A stretch of 64,000 nt of DNA from a virus (IMGVR_UViG_3300011947_000001:18103-82102), one strand, 5' to 3'. Positions 17,376 to 28,158 are shown, numbered from the stretch's first letter. Notes: generated by a model from the sequence alone, not told the origin. Numbers and translations: made by a program.

Positions 17376-19209
17376 TTAGAAGCCATTCCTTACGTTTATC
17401 GGCATCATTACCAAATATCATTTTCAGCATATCCAGATCATCCAAATCTACAGCAACCAATTGTGGATTCACGATAACTGTTTCTTTATAATCGGGCTTT
17501 TCTAATGAACCTAGACCTTTAATATATGATGTATCATATCCGGCCAAATTATCTTTATCAAGATCATATTCATCAAATGTGTAAAAATATTTCGTTGGTT
17601 TATTCTTCTTTGTACAAATAAACAATGGTGTATTCACACGAACAATTCGTTGTTCTTCAAATAGTTCAGGCCAATAGCTAAAAAAGTTTAATAATTGACA
17701 AAAAATATCCACTCCATCAGAATCGGCATCTGTAAGAATAGAAATGCGTCCATAATTTAGTATTAAGTTACCATCTTCATCGCGAATAGACTTACTATTA
17801 ATATCTAAACCTATGATACTAATAAGATCGGCTAATTCTTTATTCTTCAAAATGTCAGCAAATGACATATCAGATGAATTTAGAACTTTACCCCGCAAAC
17901 TGTAAAAACCATGATATTTTGGATCACGAACATTGGTTCCCATACCAGATGCCGATAAACCTTCAGTGATATAAAGAGTCTTATTTTCTGCAACCTTATC
18001 ATTGGCTGCAATATGTCCTGAAATCTTCTTCTTTTCAGATTTTTTCAAAGCATTAGTAGCAGCACGTTTTTCAATCGCTTCTTTTTTACGTAATATGGAT
18101 TCAATTGCTGGATCAATGATAGTTTCATTTGCAATAACTTTTTTAGCCAGTTTAATGAAATCAATATTCATAAATGATTTGATTTCTCCATTTGTATTCG
18201 TCACGCGCTCTTTTGACTGGCTATCAAATTTCAAGTTTGGGAAATTTCTAACCCAAAAAGCGATTAATAAATGTTGTTTAATCTGATTAGGCAATACATC
18301 AATTTTCCACTTGCGCTTAATCATAGGAATCAACTCACCACATAAACCATTGATGAAATAGTCGATATGATTACCACCATTCTTAATATTAATACCATTA
18401 AAGTAAGATAAATTACGGAATTCTTCATCATCGCCAGAAGGCGCAATAACGATATTGTAGTTATCTTCTTCAATTGAAATGGCATTATCATCAAATAATT
18501 TACCCAGTTGAGTAGGGTTTTTGATCAAAATGCGCTCATCGTTAAAACGAAATGCAATTTTTGGATAACAGATTGCCATATTAGTCAATCTATCTTTAAT
18601 TACATCAATAACGTCTTGTTCAATTGATTGAACCCCAAATCGATTTAAATCTGGATAAAACTTAACTGATGTGCCTTTTGTTTTACATCTATTATGACTT
18701 GTAGTTATTGTTGAACAATTTTCTTGTGTTTCAACAGTCACACATTCTGTACCATTACCTGATATACCAATAAATGATTTAGAAAAAAAGTTGGTGCATG
18801 CTGAACCCACACCATTACGCCCAATAGTCACTCGACCATCATCATTGAAATTAGAACCTGCCCGCGGTCTAGTCCAACACAATTCGGCTTGATATATACC
18901 GTCATGTAATTCTACTGGAATGCCAGATGCATCATCAGTCACTTCAACTGACCAACCCCAAAGAGATTCATCTTTAATCTTAACAGAAATATTAAGACCT
19001 TCTTTAAAATTACTTCGAATGGTAGCATCTACTGAATTATCAATAATTTCTTCAATAATTTTAACCAATGCTGGAACATAATTTTTCTTTTGATACTTAA
19101 AATTGAATATATTATTAAATTCACTTTTTTGCATTGATCCAATGAAGATTTCCGGTCGGTGTAACATATACTCCCGATCATCCATCACTTTAAAATTATT
19201 GTCAGCCAT
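17368..19209 (-). CDS. gp39: DNA topoisomerase II large subunit (fused gp39+gp60 type)
   Basis: EIIDNSVD, GRNGVG GHKL motifs, TEGLSA and DADSDG TOPRIM, YIKGLGS; start moved to 19209. Confidence 0.96.
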   Translation of the reverse strand: MADNNFKVMDDREYMLHRPEIFIGSMQKSEFNNIFNFKYQKKNYVPALVKIIEEIIDNSVDATIRSNFKEGLNISVKIKDESLWGWSVEVTDDASGIPVELHDGIYQAELCWTRPRAGSNFNDDGRVTIGRNGVGSACTNFFSKSFIGISGNGTECVTVETQENCSTITTSHNRCKTKGTSVKFYPDLNRFGVQSIEQDVIDVIKDRLTNMAICYPKIAFRFNDERILIKNPTQLGKLFDDNAISIEEDNYNIVIAPSGDDEEFRNLSYFNGINIKNGGNHIDYFINGLCGELIPMIKRKWKIDVLPNQIKQHLLIAFWVRNFPNLKFDSQSKERVTNTNGEIKSFMNIDFIKLAKKVIANETIIDPAIESILRKKEAIEKRAATNALKKSEKKKISGHIAANDKVAENKTLYITEGLSASGMGTNVRDPKYHGFYSLRGKVLNSSDMSFADILKNKELADLISIIGLDINSKSIRDEDGNLILNYGRISILTDADSDGVDIFCQLLNFFSYWPELFEEQRIVRVNTPLFICTKKNKPTKYFYTFDEYDLDKDNLAGYDTSYIKGLGSLEKPDYKETVIVNPQLVAVDLDDLDMLKMIFGNDADKRKEWLLNG

Positions 19210-19280
19210 TTCTACTCTCAACCTCAAATTTGAAAAATTATAGTATTTAAATATCGTTTATGTAAACATATTTAACAACG

Positions 19281-19310
19281 AAAAAAGCGATCATATATGA
19301 TCGCTTTTTT
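19281..19310. terminator. Bidirectional intrinsic terminator
   Basis: A6-GCGATCAT-AT-ATGATCGC-T6. Confidence 0.7.
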
Positions 19311-19327
19311 TCAAATTTGATATTTCA

Positions 19328-19642
19328 TTATGATTCAGAATATACATCTAAGTATATACCATTATAAGTATTATTTTCACTAGAATTTAGTAAACTCATA
19401 ATACTTTCAACGTCGGCATACATCACGTCACGCAATTCAAGATGATGAAAAGTATTACCATTATAAATCATATCTTCAATTTCCATATTATGGAATGGTA
19501 TTATTCCAGCCTTTGCAATTGTGTCCTTAATATATTGTAGAATTTCTATTTCCATCTCTTTCGAAAAATCAGAAGATTCAACTTGAATAGTTGTATCATC
19601 CCCTTCCAAGAAATCATCCCAAATATTAATATTACATATCAT
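19328..19642 (-). CDS. Hypothetical acidic protein
   Basis: ORF; ATGA overlap with the upstream gene. Confidence 0.65.
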   Translation of the reverse strand: MICNINIWDDFLEGDDTTIQVESSDFSKEMEIEILQYIKDTIAKAGIIPFHNMEIEDMIYNGNTFHHLELRDVMYADVESIMSLLNSSENNTYNGIYLDVYSES

Positions 19643-19869
19643 CGAATATTTTCCCAAGTAATCAACTCAAATCCATCTTCAACTGGATCACCATCATCAG
19701 TGTAATTATTATAAAGTATACCGTCTATAACTACTATATGGGTTACATCAGAATTATCATCAAATACTAATTCACAATTATTTTCCCAAGTGATTCCAGC
19801 GCGGAAAAACATACGTTGGAATTCCATATATTCCTTCTGTGAATTAACAGCGATACATACGTTGTTCAT
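19639..19869 (-). CDS. Hypothetical protein
   Basis: 76 aa ORF in a tight operon. Confidence 0.65.
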   Translation of the reverse strand: MNNVCIAVNSQKEYMEFQRMFFRAGITWENNCELVFDDNSDVTHIVVIDGILYNNYTDDGDPVEDGFELITWENIR

Positions 19870-19870
19870 T

Positions 19871-20065
19871 TTAACTTCTTCTTCCTAGTAGAATTTCAAT
19901 ATCATCGGCTTCACGAACTTGATCTATGGTTGCGTCTAATTTAGCCGAACTAATTATGTTTTTTAATACTATCATATTTGATGATATTTTGTCAATTGAA
20001 TAGATAAATCTATCTTTTCCACTTTTAAAAACTACAAGATGACCAATATTGAACATTCTATCCAC
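19871..20065 (-). CDS. Hypothetical protein
   Basis: 64 aa ORF in a tight operon. Confidence 0.6.
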   Translation of the reverse strand: MDRMFNIGHLVVFKSGKDRFIYSIDKISSNMIVLKNIISSAKLDATIDQVREADDIEILLGRRS

Positions 20066-20365
20066 TCACTTTTGTTTAGACATTTTCTTTTCAGAAAAAC
20101 ACCCAATATAGCTAATGCCTATATTTAGTGATTCTTCTTTAGACAATTCTAAACCTGTCCCAACTTCAATACGCTTATTATCCATATCTTCAGGTTTAAT
20201 AATGTCTTTACTGGATACATACACGATACATTCTTTATCTTCTACACTAAACATATAGTAATGCATCATAGACTCATCCTTCATATGATGCATTATACCA
20301 TGCCTAATCGTCACCCCAACAAATATGACAAACACAGCGATTAAAATCCAATCAATCACGCTCAT
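20066..20365 (-). CDS. Hypothetical membrane-anchored protein
   Basis: N-terminal hydrophobic helix WILIAVFVIFVGVTI. Confidence 0.65.
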   Translation of the reverse strand: MSVIDWILIAVFVIFVGVTIRHGIMHHMKDESMMHYYMFSVEDKECIVYVSSKDIIKPEDMDNKRIEVGTGLELSKEESLNIGISYIGCFSEKKMSKQK

Positions 20366-20470
20366 TTATATTTCTCCACCTATCCAACAACACATCCCAA
20401 ACCGACCAAAATGTATATATCAAAACTGAAAATAGAAAAACCCCTAACATAATATTAACTATATGATTCA

Positions 20471-21190
20471 TCATTCAATCTCTATCATGGTAAGATTCGC
20501 CCAAGGATAATACGCATTAAAAACACATCCAGTATCAATAAATGCATAATTCATCCGTTCTTCAACTTTCTGATTTACTGTGTGTCCAAAATAAACCTTT
20601 TCAACACCTTCAAATGGTTTCAACTGATAATTAATATTCAAAACATTTTTTATCAATTTTCGCCCCCAAAGAACTGTATTAACATACAATTCTTGATTAG
20701 GTGAATTTAAACCTGACACAAGATCATCAAGATTTCTCCAATGGGAAGGTAAATCACCATGAACCACAAGATATTTTTTATCACCACGATTCAGAATTAA
20801 CGCGATAGGCATATCATTAACGTCATTGGCTATTTTTCGCATTACATCTACTGGTAGTTTATAAAACCATTCACCACCATTAGCCACATGTGAATTCCTT
20901 AATTCAGTTTCAAGATTATTTTGACAGGCTAATAAATAATCAGAACAGAACTGTTCATGATTGCCACGAACAGCCTTAAACCAGCTTTTATAAGTTAAAT
21001 TGAAACAATCTAGTGACTTAGGGCCACGATCTACCAAGTCCCCAACCGATAAACATAAATCTTCATCATAGTTAAAACCAACATCATCGAGTTTTTTAAT
21101 CAAAACATCATAACAACCATGTAGATCACCAATAACAAATACTCGCCCTGTATTGTGTGTAATTTCCTTAACTAGATTATTCATATTCAT
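20471..21190 (-). CDS. Ser/Thr protein phosphatase (NinI/PphA-like metallophosphoesterase)
   Basis: GDLHG, VGDLVDRG, RGNHE, FGHT, IDTG motifs. Confidence 0.93.
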   Translation of the reverse strand: MNMNNLVKEITHNTGRVFVIGDLHGCYDVLIKKLDDVGFNYDEDLCLSVGDLVDRGPKSLDCFNLTYKSWFKAVRGNHEQFCSDYLLACQNNLETELRNSHVANGGEWFYKLPVDVMRKIANDVNDMPIALILNRGDKKYLVVHGDLPSHWRNLDDLVSGLNSPNQELYVNTVLWGRKLIKNVLNINYQLKPFEGVEKVYFGHTVNQKVEERMNYAFIDTGCVFNAYYPWANLTMIEIE

Positions 21191-21209
21191 TCCAATATTT
21201 TTTAAATTA

Positions 21210-21707
21210 TTATTTATCTATAATTTTATAAACATACATTTGCTTCATCCATGTTGATGTATAATTATGAACCAAGGTCTTTACCATTTCATCTATGTTT
21301 TTATATACAAATACTTTACCAACTTCACGGATATGATTTCCATCAGATTCAACTTCATATTTGAATTCATATTTCATTAGTTCAAGGCCACTATTAGAAT
21401 TATACCCAAACAGGAACCCAACCAATTCTTGCTTCAGTATATGATCAGAAATATATTCTCTATTGAAACTTTGAATCAGTCCAGAAATCACGATTTCTAA
21501 CAATCGATGTCCAGAATCAATAATAAATTGTCCTTCATTATTTGGGTTCTGAAACCATTTAATAATACGTTCGATTAGGTATATTTTATAGATATCGTCA
21601 TAAACCCCGATATAAGGAATCCGCCAAGTTTCAGCGGCCTTGACGGATTCAATTTCAGGAAAGTCTATTTCAAGTATGATCTTTTTTGATGACATTTTTC
21701 GTTCCAT
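21210..21707 (-). CDS. Hypothetical protein
   Basis: 165 aa ORF. Confidence 0.6.
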   Translation of the reverse strand: MERKMSSKKIILEIDFPEIESVKAAETWRIPYIGVYDDIYKIYLIERIIKWFQNPNNEGQFIIDSGHRLLEIVISGLIQSFNREYISDHILKQELVGFLFGYNSNSGLELMKYEFKYEVESDGNHIREVGKVFVYKNIDEMVKTLVHNYTSTWMKQMYVYKIIDK

Positions 21708-21734
21708 TAAGAAAGGGGATGTAATCCCCTAATC

Positions 21735-22478
21735 TTACAAGCGATTGTTCAAGAACTCAACAATATCTTTTGATAATTTCAAATCAGCGTTGCCATTTGG
21801 CTTACATTTGATTTCGATACCTTCGACTAAGGTGCGTTCGAAATCTTTATCTCCATATTGGTGATTAATTATGCTTTTCACATCAACAACACTGACATTT
21901 TGGTTCAGGAAGTTACGGGCAACCATTGACACTAATTGGCTTAGGGCATGTTCTGCATAACCACTGATGCGGCTACCATTTACTAGGTTGCGGACAGTGT
22001 TACGTGTTTTGTATTCAGTTTTCGGCTTATTATAATCACCGATGTTGCAGCGAAGGAATTGACGTGCGATGCTTTCATCGTATGAAGTATCTTCAACCAT
22101 GTATTCATTTACGAATGCAGTCAAAGTATCAACGTTTAATTCAACTTCTTCCATGTTGAAGTAACGACCATGACGCGGTTGATATTTCTCAACAATACGA
22201 TCAGCTTTTTGATCGCCAAGGTGTTTATGCAACTCAATTGCTTTGAAGAATTCACGCCAGAAACGTTCAAGGATGCGGCCTTTAAATACATTTTGAAGAT
22301 CAACAAGGCGTTTGTCTTTTACCGCAGACCAGATCGATGCATCTTGTGAAAACAGATTGTAAACGATATCAGCATCAAAATCAGAGTCGATCATGACTTG
22401 TGCCAGATTATTTGTTTTAGCTAGTTCAGCTTCAAATTTAGCAACAGTAGTTTCGATGATAGTAGCAAATTTATTCAT
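21735..22478 (-). CDS. Hypothetical protein (weak resemblance to DUF4942)
   Basis: FWREFF and IKCKPNGNADLKL segments; SD before ATG 22478. Confidence 0.6.
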   Translation of the reverse strand: MNKFATIIETTVAKFEAELAKTNNLAQVMIDSDFDADIVYNLFSQDASIWSAVKDKRLVDLQNVFKGRILERFWREFFKAIELHKHLGDQKADRIVEKYQPRHGRYFNMEEVELNVDTLTAFVNEYMVEDTSYDESIARQFLRCNIGDYNKPKTEYKTRNTVRNLVNGSRISGYAEHALSQLVSMVARNFLNQNVSVVDVKSIINHQYGDKDFERTLVEGIEIKCKPNGNADLKLSKDIVEFLNNRL

Positions 22479-22553
22479 TTTAACATCCTTCAATGTCATG
22501 TTGTTTAACTGATAAGGTATTGTAGCATATTAAATCTAATTTGTGTATACAAA

Positions 22554-22949
22554 TTAGATTTTAATTTCGTATTTGATTAATAAATCTTCAATGGCCTGAA
22601 CTGTGAAATCAGGAATTACCAAACGGCTATTTGAATCATAGTTTTCCCACACTGACTTATAATCATTGAAATTAACTTTTTCAATAAGTTTAATATCATG
22701 GATTAACTTGAGCCAGTATCGTGAACGAATGCGGTATTTCATCACACGATGAATATTCAAAGAATTCGGTGTTTCATCTGGAAGTATATCAAGATCATCA
22801 TCGCGTTCAGTTAAAGAACGATAGATGTTAATAGGTAATTTTGCCAATTCATTAGCTGCAACCTTGGCATGTGCGATCTCGTAATCATACAACATAACCA
22901 TTTCTTGAATTTTACCACCAAAAACCTGTTCTGTAATAATATCTGACAT
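22554..22949 (-). CDS. Hypothetical protein
   Basis: 131 aa ORF with SD. Confidence 0.65.
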   Translation of the reverse strand: MSDIITEQVFGGKIQEMVMLYDYEIAHAKVAANELAKLPINIYRSLTERDDDLDILPDETPNSLNIHRVMKYRIRSRYWLKLIHDIKLIEKVNFNDYKSVWENYDSNSRLVIPDFTVQAIEDLLIKYEIKI

Positions 22950-23019
22950 ACTCGATTCTCCACTAAATCATTTCTTCATTTCGATATCGAGTATATCAAA
23001 TCATATTTGTTTTTGCAAA

Positions 23020-24387
23020 TTACAACTTAATTGCATTATCGTATTGCTTTAATACATCACTAAGATCATCAGCATAATCTTTGTCAATACGATATACATC
23101 CTCGGCTAAACGTGGCAAGAATAGAGAATGTGTGGATTTGCGTTCAGTCGGTAACATGATATCATTTGATACAACTGATACAATTTTACCAATCCATTCA
23201 TCAGGATCAGATTCAATAATATCACGCATCTTTTCATTCTTAATCGTTACATTAACTAGAACTTCACCACACGACGTTTTACAATGTAATGCTGCTGGTC
23301 GGCCTTCAACTTTGGTATCTTTCTTACCTTCAGCAATACCAGTGATTTCTAGATCAACAATGAATTCGACCTTCAATTTGATCTGTTCTTTACTGGTTCC
23401 ATCTTTCCAGAACATATCTCGTTTTTTCACGATCGTACCTTCCAGCCCTCTTTTAATGGCTTCTTTGGCATGCTCAACACATTCTTCTTTTGAATAAAGA
23501 ATTTTGTATTCAGCAATGCGAACATTTTCCTTATCGGATAGAAGTGATTCTAGCAATTCAACACGTTTCCAGTATGGCACTTTATATTCACCTTTAGGAA
23601 CTGCACATTCAATAGGAATGATATCCCATACAGTGTAAACCACTTTCTGGTTTGCTTCTAACTGGCCGTCACCCTTGATCATGCTGGTGATGATACCATT
23701 ACCAATTTGACGTGGTAATGTTTCCCCATCCTGTTCAATGGTAAATTCCCCGTGTGTCTGATAACCATCTATATGTGCTAAATCAGCCGCAATTTCAGGG
23801 AATTTCTCCATTGGGATGTTTGTACCTTGGCGTGTGGTACATTGTGTTGTAAATACGATACAGTTCGCATTATTGAACATACCGTCATATTTGATTTCAG
23901 AAAACACACCTTTTGCATAATCCTCACCTGTGATCTTAGAATCAACAGGTAAAGAACAACGCATATATGGGTATTTCGGGATCAGACCTTTCCAGATTTT
24001 ATTCGCTGTAGATTCAGAGAATCCAGCACGAAAATCTTTACGGATGATACGAATGAATAATTCAACAGATGCATCATTCAATGAATACAGATGTTCAACG
24101 ATGGCATCACGTGCTGCATGGCCTGTAAGATTACGTGTGACCAGATCATCTAGAATCTGGAAAGTTTTATCACTGAAGTCATCTTGACGGCTTTCGTATA
24201 GATCACCTTTCACACCCCATGATGAATTAGGAATGATCCCATACACGAATTGTGGATTCAGTGCGTAGTAAATGACTTTCTTGAACAGATCATCCCCAGC
24301 ATGCGACTGGATAATTGATTGTTTTTCTTTACCTTTGGTCGTAGCGGCTACTTGTTGGATAACCCCAAATATTTCTGAACTATTCAT
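23020..24387 (-). CDS. gp30: ATP-dependent DNA ligase (T4 gp30-like)
   Basis: EIKYDG adenylation motif, HGEF, EGTIVK, LFLPR; uninterrupted. Confidence 0.95.
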   Translation of the reverse strand: MNSSEIFGVIQQVAATTKGKEKQSIIQSHAGDDLFKKVIYYALNPQFVYGIIPNSSWGVKGDLYESRQDDFSDKTFQILDDLVTRNLTGHAARDAIVEHLYSLNDASVELFIRIIRKDFRAGFSESTANKIWKGLIPKYPYMRCSLPVDSKITGEDYAKGVFSEIKYDGMFNNANCIVFTTQCTTRQGTNIPMEKFPEIAADLAHIDGYQTHGEFTIEQDGETLPRQIGNGIITSMIKGDGQLEANQKVVYTVWDIIPIECAVPKGEYKVPYWKRVELLESLLSDKENVRIAEYKILYSKEECVEHAKEAIKRGLEGTIVKKRDMFWKDGTSKEQIKLKVEFIVDLEITGIAEGKKDTKVEGRPAALHCKTSCGEVLVNVTIKNEKMRDIIESDPDEWIGKIVSVVSNDIMLPTERKSTHSLFLPRLAEDVYRIDKDYADDLSDVLKQYDNAIKL

Positions 24388-24486
24388 TATTTCCCTGCAA
24401 TACAAGATTTTGATTGGTTAATATATCATATTTGACAAATATGAAAAGATGATGTGATCTATTTAATCACATCATCCAATATAATT

Positions 24487-25119
24487 TTATAGTGCGATTG
24501 AGTAGGTACTACCACCGTAGTATATTTTAACTAACGTACCATCTTCATTGATACTCAAAGTTGGATCATAAAGCTCAAGGTATCGTTTCAAGAAATCTTC
24601 TGGTTTTAATTCAATATTTTGGAAGTAGTTATTTGCAGCATCATATGCATAATCATCAGTATACTTGCTATCAACCTGAACCTTGGTATATTGCTTGTTT
24701 ACGATGATTTTAACAACATCATCATAACGGATTTTGTTGTGACCTTTGAATGCAAACGGTTTGATGTGTTTAACGCTGAATGGATTATATGCTTCAACAC
24801 GCTTTGTTCTAATAGAATCTGGTTCCCCAATCACTTCCTGAAGAAGTTCATGACTAAGTTCACGACCAGCTTCAATCTCATTAGCCAAGTTATACAACTT
24901 ATTAACGTAACCAGAATTTACCACATAAGTACGTGTTTCACCATTACGATAGAATCTTGATGTATCAGTAACTCGCAACTGGTTCCAACCACGATTAAAG
25001 TGAATAGACCAATTACCATCAGTAGTGACAAGCCAGAAGTCATGCTCAACAGCCAGACGTTTAAGAGATGAAGCTGTTACTTTCTTAACAATAGTCGGTT
25101 TAGTTTGTGCAATTGTCAT
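24487..25119 (-). CDS. Hypothetical protein (early)
   Basis: 210 aa ORF downstream of a sigma70-type promoter. Confidence 0.7.
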   Translation of the reverse strand: MTIAQTKPTIVKKVTASSLKRLAVEHDFWLVTTDGNWSIHFNRGWNQLRVTDTSRFYRNGETRTYVVNSGYVNKLYNLANEIEAGRELSHELLQEVIGEPDSIRTKRVEAYNPFSVKHIKPFAFKGHNKIRYDDVVKIIVNKQYTKVQVDSKYTDDYAYDAANNYFQNIELKPEDFLKRYLELYDPTLSINEDGTLVKIYYGGSTYSIAL

Positions 25120-25154
25120 ATCAAATACTCATCAGTAATTCATTCGATAAAACA

Positions 25155-25183
25155 ATCTTATCAAATGTGTATACAAATGTCAA
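25155..25183 (-). promoter_or_regulatory. Sigma70-type early promoter
   Basis: TTGACA-17 nt-TAAGAT with extended -10 TG and TGTATAC in the spacer. Confidence 0.8.
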
Positions 25184-25194
25184 ATTTGATCTAA

Positions 25195-25791
25195 TTAGAA
25201 TAAACTTCCAATCTTCTTATCACTAATAACCACGCCATTATTCGCCAGAATTGTATCAACCACATATTCAGCGGTGCATCCTCTAAACATAGTAGCCAGA
25301 TTATAAATTCGGATTCCAACAGCTTTTGATAAACGCATTGCCTGTGCAGTACCACCTACCAAAGCACCATTTGGTGTCCAACAAATAATAAATTCACTAC
25401 TTGGTTCTCCAATCATCCCATGTACTTGAAAGAAATTTCGTGTCATCATCTGTTTACTTCTAGGTGATAAATCATATCCTTTTGGATGATATCGAAGACT
25501 TTCATATGCACGGGCATAGTTTGGATCATTTATATCATCTGGTATATAGATATAACAAGACCTTCTAGAATCGTATGAGTGCGCGTTATTGAAGCCTTCA
25601 AATGGAATATATATGTTCATAGCCGAATCATTTTTAACGCCTAATTCGAACGCTAAATCGGCCCCTGTAGCGTGTCCTGAACGCAAGATGTATCCCTTGG
25701 TTTCTAGAATCGCTGCTATTTCAGTCATTAGATTCTGAATTGATTGTTCTGTATCTCTTGAACCTATACCAGCATAATATTTCTTATTCAT
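25195..25791 (-). CDS. SLOG/DprA-like Rossmann-fold protein
   Basis: YAGIGSR...LRSGHATGADLAFELG...ICWT...GGTAQA motifs. Confidence 0.8.
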   Translation of the reverse strand: MNKKYYAGIGSRDTEQSIQNLMTEIAAILETKGYILRSGHATGADLAFELGVKNDSAMNIYIPFEGFNNAHSYDSRRSCYIYIPDDINDPNYARAYESLRYHPKGYDLSPRSKQMMTRNFFQVHGMIGEPSSEFIICWTPNGALVGGTAQAMRLSKAVGIRIYNLATMFRGCTAEYVVDTILANNGVVISDKKIGSLF

Positions 25792-25846
25792 AAAACATCT
25801 CTATTTTCTTTATACAATAATCAATTACTATATAATGATATAATTT

Positions 25847-26284
25847 TCACCAAGCTAACATATTGGCTGATGAATTACGCTTCTCAATCAGTTTAGTCAA
25901 AACTATCATTTGGGTTTTTGAACGATAATTACTGATACGAAAAACTAACTTGTGTTGTTCCAGTAGTTGTTTGCGTAATAAACTCAGATTATCAGTAGAT
26001 GTAATATTTAAGGATTGGTTTAATAGATTTGATAATAAAAGAGCTATAGCGTTTTCATACTGATCCATACAATCAATGTGAGTAATATAATGGTATTTAC
26101 CCTTATAAGATAATCTGACTCGATATCCATCTTTGTACACACGATCACGAATAAAAAATGTAACAAATCCCTGACCAATCAATTGAGAAATTTCATTGCT
26201 GATAAGTGGGGAAGATATATTATTGGCTACTATACCCATTTTACATATAACTCCAAAAATAAAATTGGAGATTATTATCTCCAA
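25847..26284 (-). CDS. Hypothetical protein (start uncertain)
   Basis: 145 aa ORF. Confidence 0.5.
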   Translation of the reverse strand: MEIIISNFIFGVICKMGIVANNISSPLISNEISQLIGQGFVTFFIRDRVYKDGYRVRLSYKGKYHYITHIDCMDQYENAIALLLSNLLNQSLNITSTDNLSLLRKQLLEQHKLVFRISNYRSKTQMIVLTKLIEKRNSSANMLAW

Positions 26285-26296
26285 AACTCAACATAT

Positions 26297-26620
26297 TTAA
26301 TTGGTATTATCTAGAAAATATATAATACTACCAATATCAGTATCATAGTTTGAACGTAGTGATTGTTTAATCACATAATTAAAATCTGTTAAAATATCTA
26401 ATACAATAGGATTCAGCTTTTTAAAGATTTCATTTTTATCCCCAATGAATCCATCATCAGCATTATCACCAAAGTTATAATACACAACAACAATATCTTT
26501 CGCTTCAAGAATAGATCGAATTGAGATTTTGTTTTCTTTAGCAGCAGTCACTATTGCGCTTTCTACTTCTGGCTTAATTGCTTTTGCATTCTTTCCAACT
26601 AGAAAGTCTTTAATTTTCAT
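26297..26620 (-). CDS. Hypothetical late protein with CTS-like N-terminus
   Basis: MKIKDFL start; CTTAAATA upstream at ~26650. Confidence 0.65.
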   Translation of the reverse strand: MKIKDFLVGKNAKAIKPEVESAIVTAAKENKISIRSILEAKDIVVVYYNFGDNADDGFIGDKNEIFKKLNPIVLDILTDFNYVIKQSLRSNYDTDIGSIIYFLDNTN

Positions 26621-26652
26621 GATGAATCCATTTGATGAAATAATATCTTTAT

Positions 26653-26808
26653 TTAAGATTTGAACTCACTACCAAACACACTACAACTATATTCTTGAAT
26701 CATCGAAATCATTTCTTCTTTGTATTGATTCAAAGAGTATTCAATATCAATTTTTCTGATACTATTCACTTCAATCATATCTTCATTAGATAATTGATTT
26801 AATTCCAT
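26653..26808 (-). CDS. Small hypothetical protein (51 aa)
   Basis: Manual translation MELNQLSNEDMIEVNSIRK...; below the ORF-track cutoff; fills the gap after the HAD gene. Confidence 0.5.
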   Translation of the reverse strand: MELNQLSNEDMIEVNSIRKIDIEYSLNQYKEEMISMIQEYSCSVFGSEFKS

Positions 26809-26809
26809 T

Positions 26810-27313
26810 TTACACACCAAATATATTATCAAATTTGTTAATCGCTAACTTATATGCAGTATAGTCGAATCCAGTTATATTATCAACATATATAAAGCGA
26901 TTTGTATGCTGATAACCCCCAGCCCCGAACATATCATCTATAACAATATAATCAACATATATATTTTTATCCAACCATTGTTGAATCTGAAGACCACGCA
27001 AATCATTGTTTTCTATGTTATATGGCAAGTTTTCAGTCGTGGTATAATCAACCAACTGACAAGTAAAACCGATGTATTTGAATAGTTGTTTCATATATGG
27101 CAATTCATAATCTTGTCGCCATGTACTGGAAAATACAACCTTCAGATTATACCGATCACACAACGCATTGATATTTCGTACCAGTTGTGGTTTATAATAA
27201 ATTGTAGGGAATACACATCCGTCGATATTAAGTTGTCTGTTGTCCTTACTCAATAATTTATTCTCTATCGTATTGAATACCCCGTCAGCATCTAGGAACA
27301 GGAAGTTATCCAT
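26810..27313 (-). CDS. HAD-superfamily protein (Swiss-army-knife RNA-repair HAD type)
   Basis: LFLDADGV, VFSSTWR, RGLQIQQWL, YIVIDD. Confidence 0.85.
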   Translation of the reverse strand: MDNFLFLDADGVFNTIENKLLSKDNRQLNIDGCVFPTIYYKPQLVRNINALCDRYNLKVVFSSTWRQDYELPYMKQLFKYIGFTCQLVDYTTTENLPYNIENNDLRGLQIQQWLDKNIYVDYIVIDDMFGAGGYQHTNRFIYVDNITGFDYTAYKLAINKFDNIFGV

Positions 27314-27388
27314 ATTTGTAAAACTCCAATAATTTAAATATAATTAAAACAAACATAATTTATTATATAATGAAAGAGTGTCAAAAAG

Positions 27389-28120
27389 ATGAATTTTCAG
27401 GAATTTTTATTAACTGAATCGATCAATGACAAGGGCCGTTTAAAAGCCCTGATGGTTATTGGTTCTGCTGGTGCGGGGAAATCGTATACGATTTCACAGT
27501 TGAATGGTGTCGTAACGCCTAAGATCGTGAATACGGATCGCTTCCTAGAGTTCTACGCTAAAAAGATTGGTGTCAAAGCTACACCTGATAACTGGCGTTC
27601 CTTGTTCCGTGAAAAGACCAAGGCTACTACAGAGAAAATGACCTACAACTATCTGAATGGTTTACTACCACTATTCATTGACAGTACCAGTAACAACGTA
27701 TCAAACATTATTTCACGTGCTGCTGTGCTTGAATCTATTGGGTATGATGTCGGTTATGTATTCGTCAATGCCAACATCGAAACAGTGTTGAAACGTGTAC
27801 AGGATCGCAATTCTAAGATTGATCGTGAAGTTGATCTGGATTTCGTTAAAAAAGTACATTCTAAAGTGAATGATGATGTTGAATTCCTTCGCAATAAAGG
27901 TAATTTCTTCTTAGAAATTAACAACTCTGAAGGTGAACTTACAAACGATATCATCAATTCTGTATTCAAGAAAGCCCAAAGTTTCTTCAGTGGTGAACTT
28001 AAAAATCCAATCGGGAAACGCATTATTTCAGAAATGGAAGAATCCAAGCAAAAATATCTGGTTCCTGAAGTTTACAGTGAAGAAGATTTGAAAAAGAAAG
28101 TTGAACGCTGGTACAAATAA
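27389..28120 (+). CDS. P-loop kinase (zeta-toxin/AAA_33-like) with capsid-targeting N-terminus
   Basis: MNFQEFLLTES; GSAGAGKS, NTD, IDST, R...R lid; lone plus-strand gene with TTTAAATA upstream. Confidence 0.78.
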   Translation: MNFQEFLLTESINDKGRLKALMVIGSAGAGKSYTISQLNGVVTPKIVNTDRFLEFYAKKIGVKATPDNWRSLFREKTKATTEKMTYNYLNGLLPLFIDSTSNNVSNIISRAAVLESIGYDVGYVFVNANIETVLKRVQDRNSKIDREVDLDFVKKVHSKVNDDVEFLRNKGNFFLEINNSEGELTNDIINSVFKKAQSFFSGELKNPIGKRIISEMEESKQKYLVPEVYSEEDLKKKVERWYK

Positions 28121-28121
28121 T

Positions 28122-28146
28122 AAAAAGGGATCATATGATCCCTTTT
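28122..28146. terminator. Bidirectional terminator
   Basis: AAAAAGGGATCA-TA-TGATCCCTTTT. Confidence 0.7.
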
Positions 28147-28158
28147 CTTTTGGAATAA

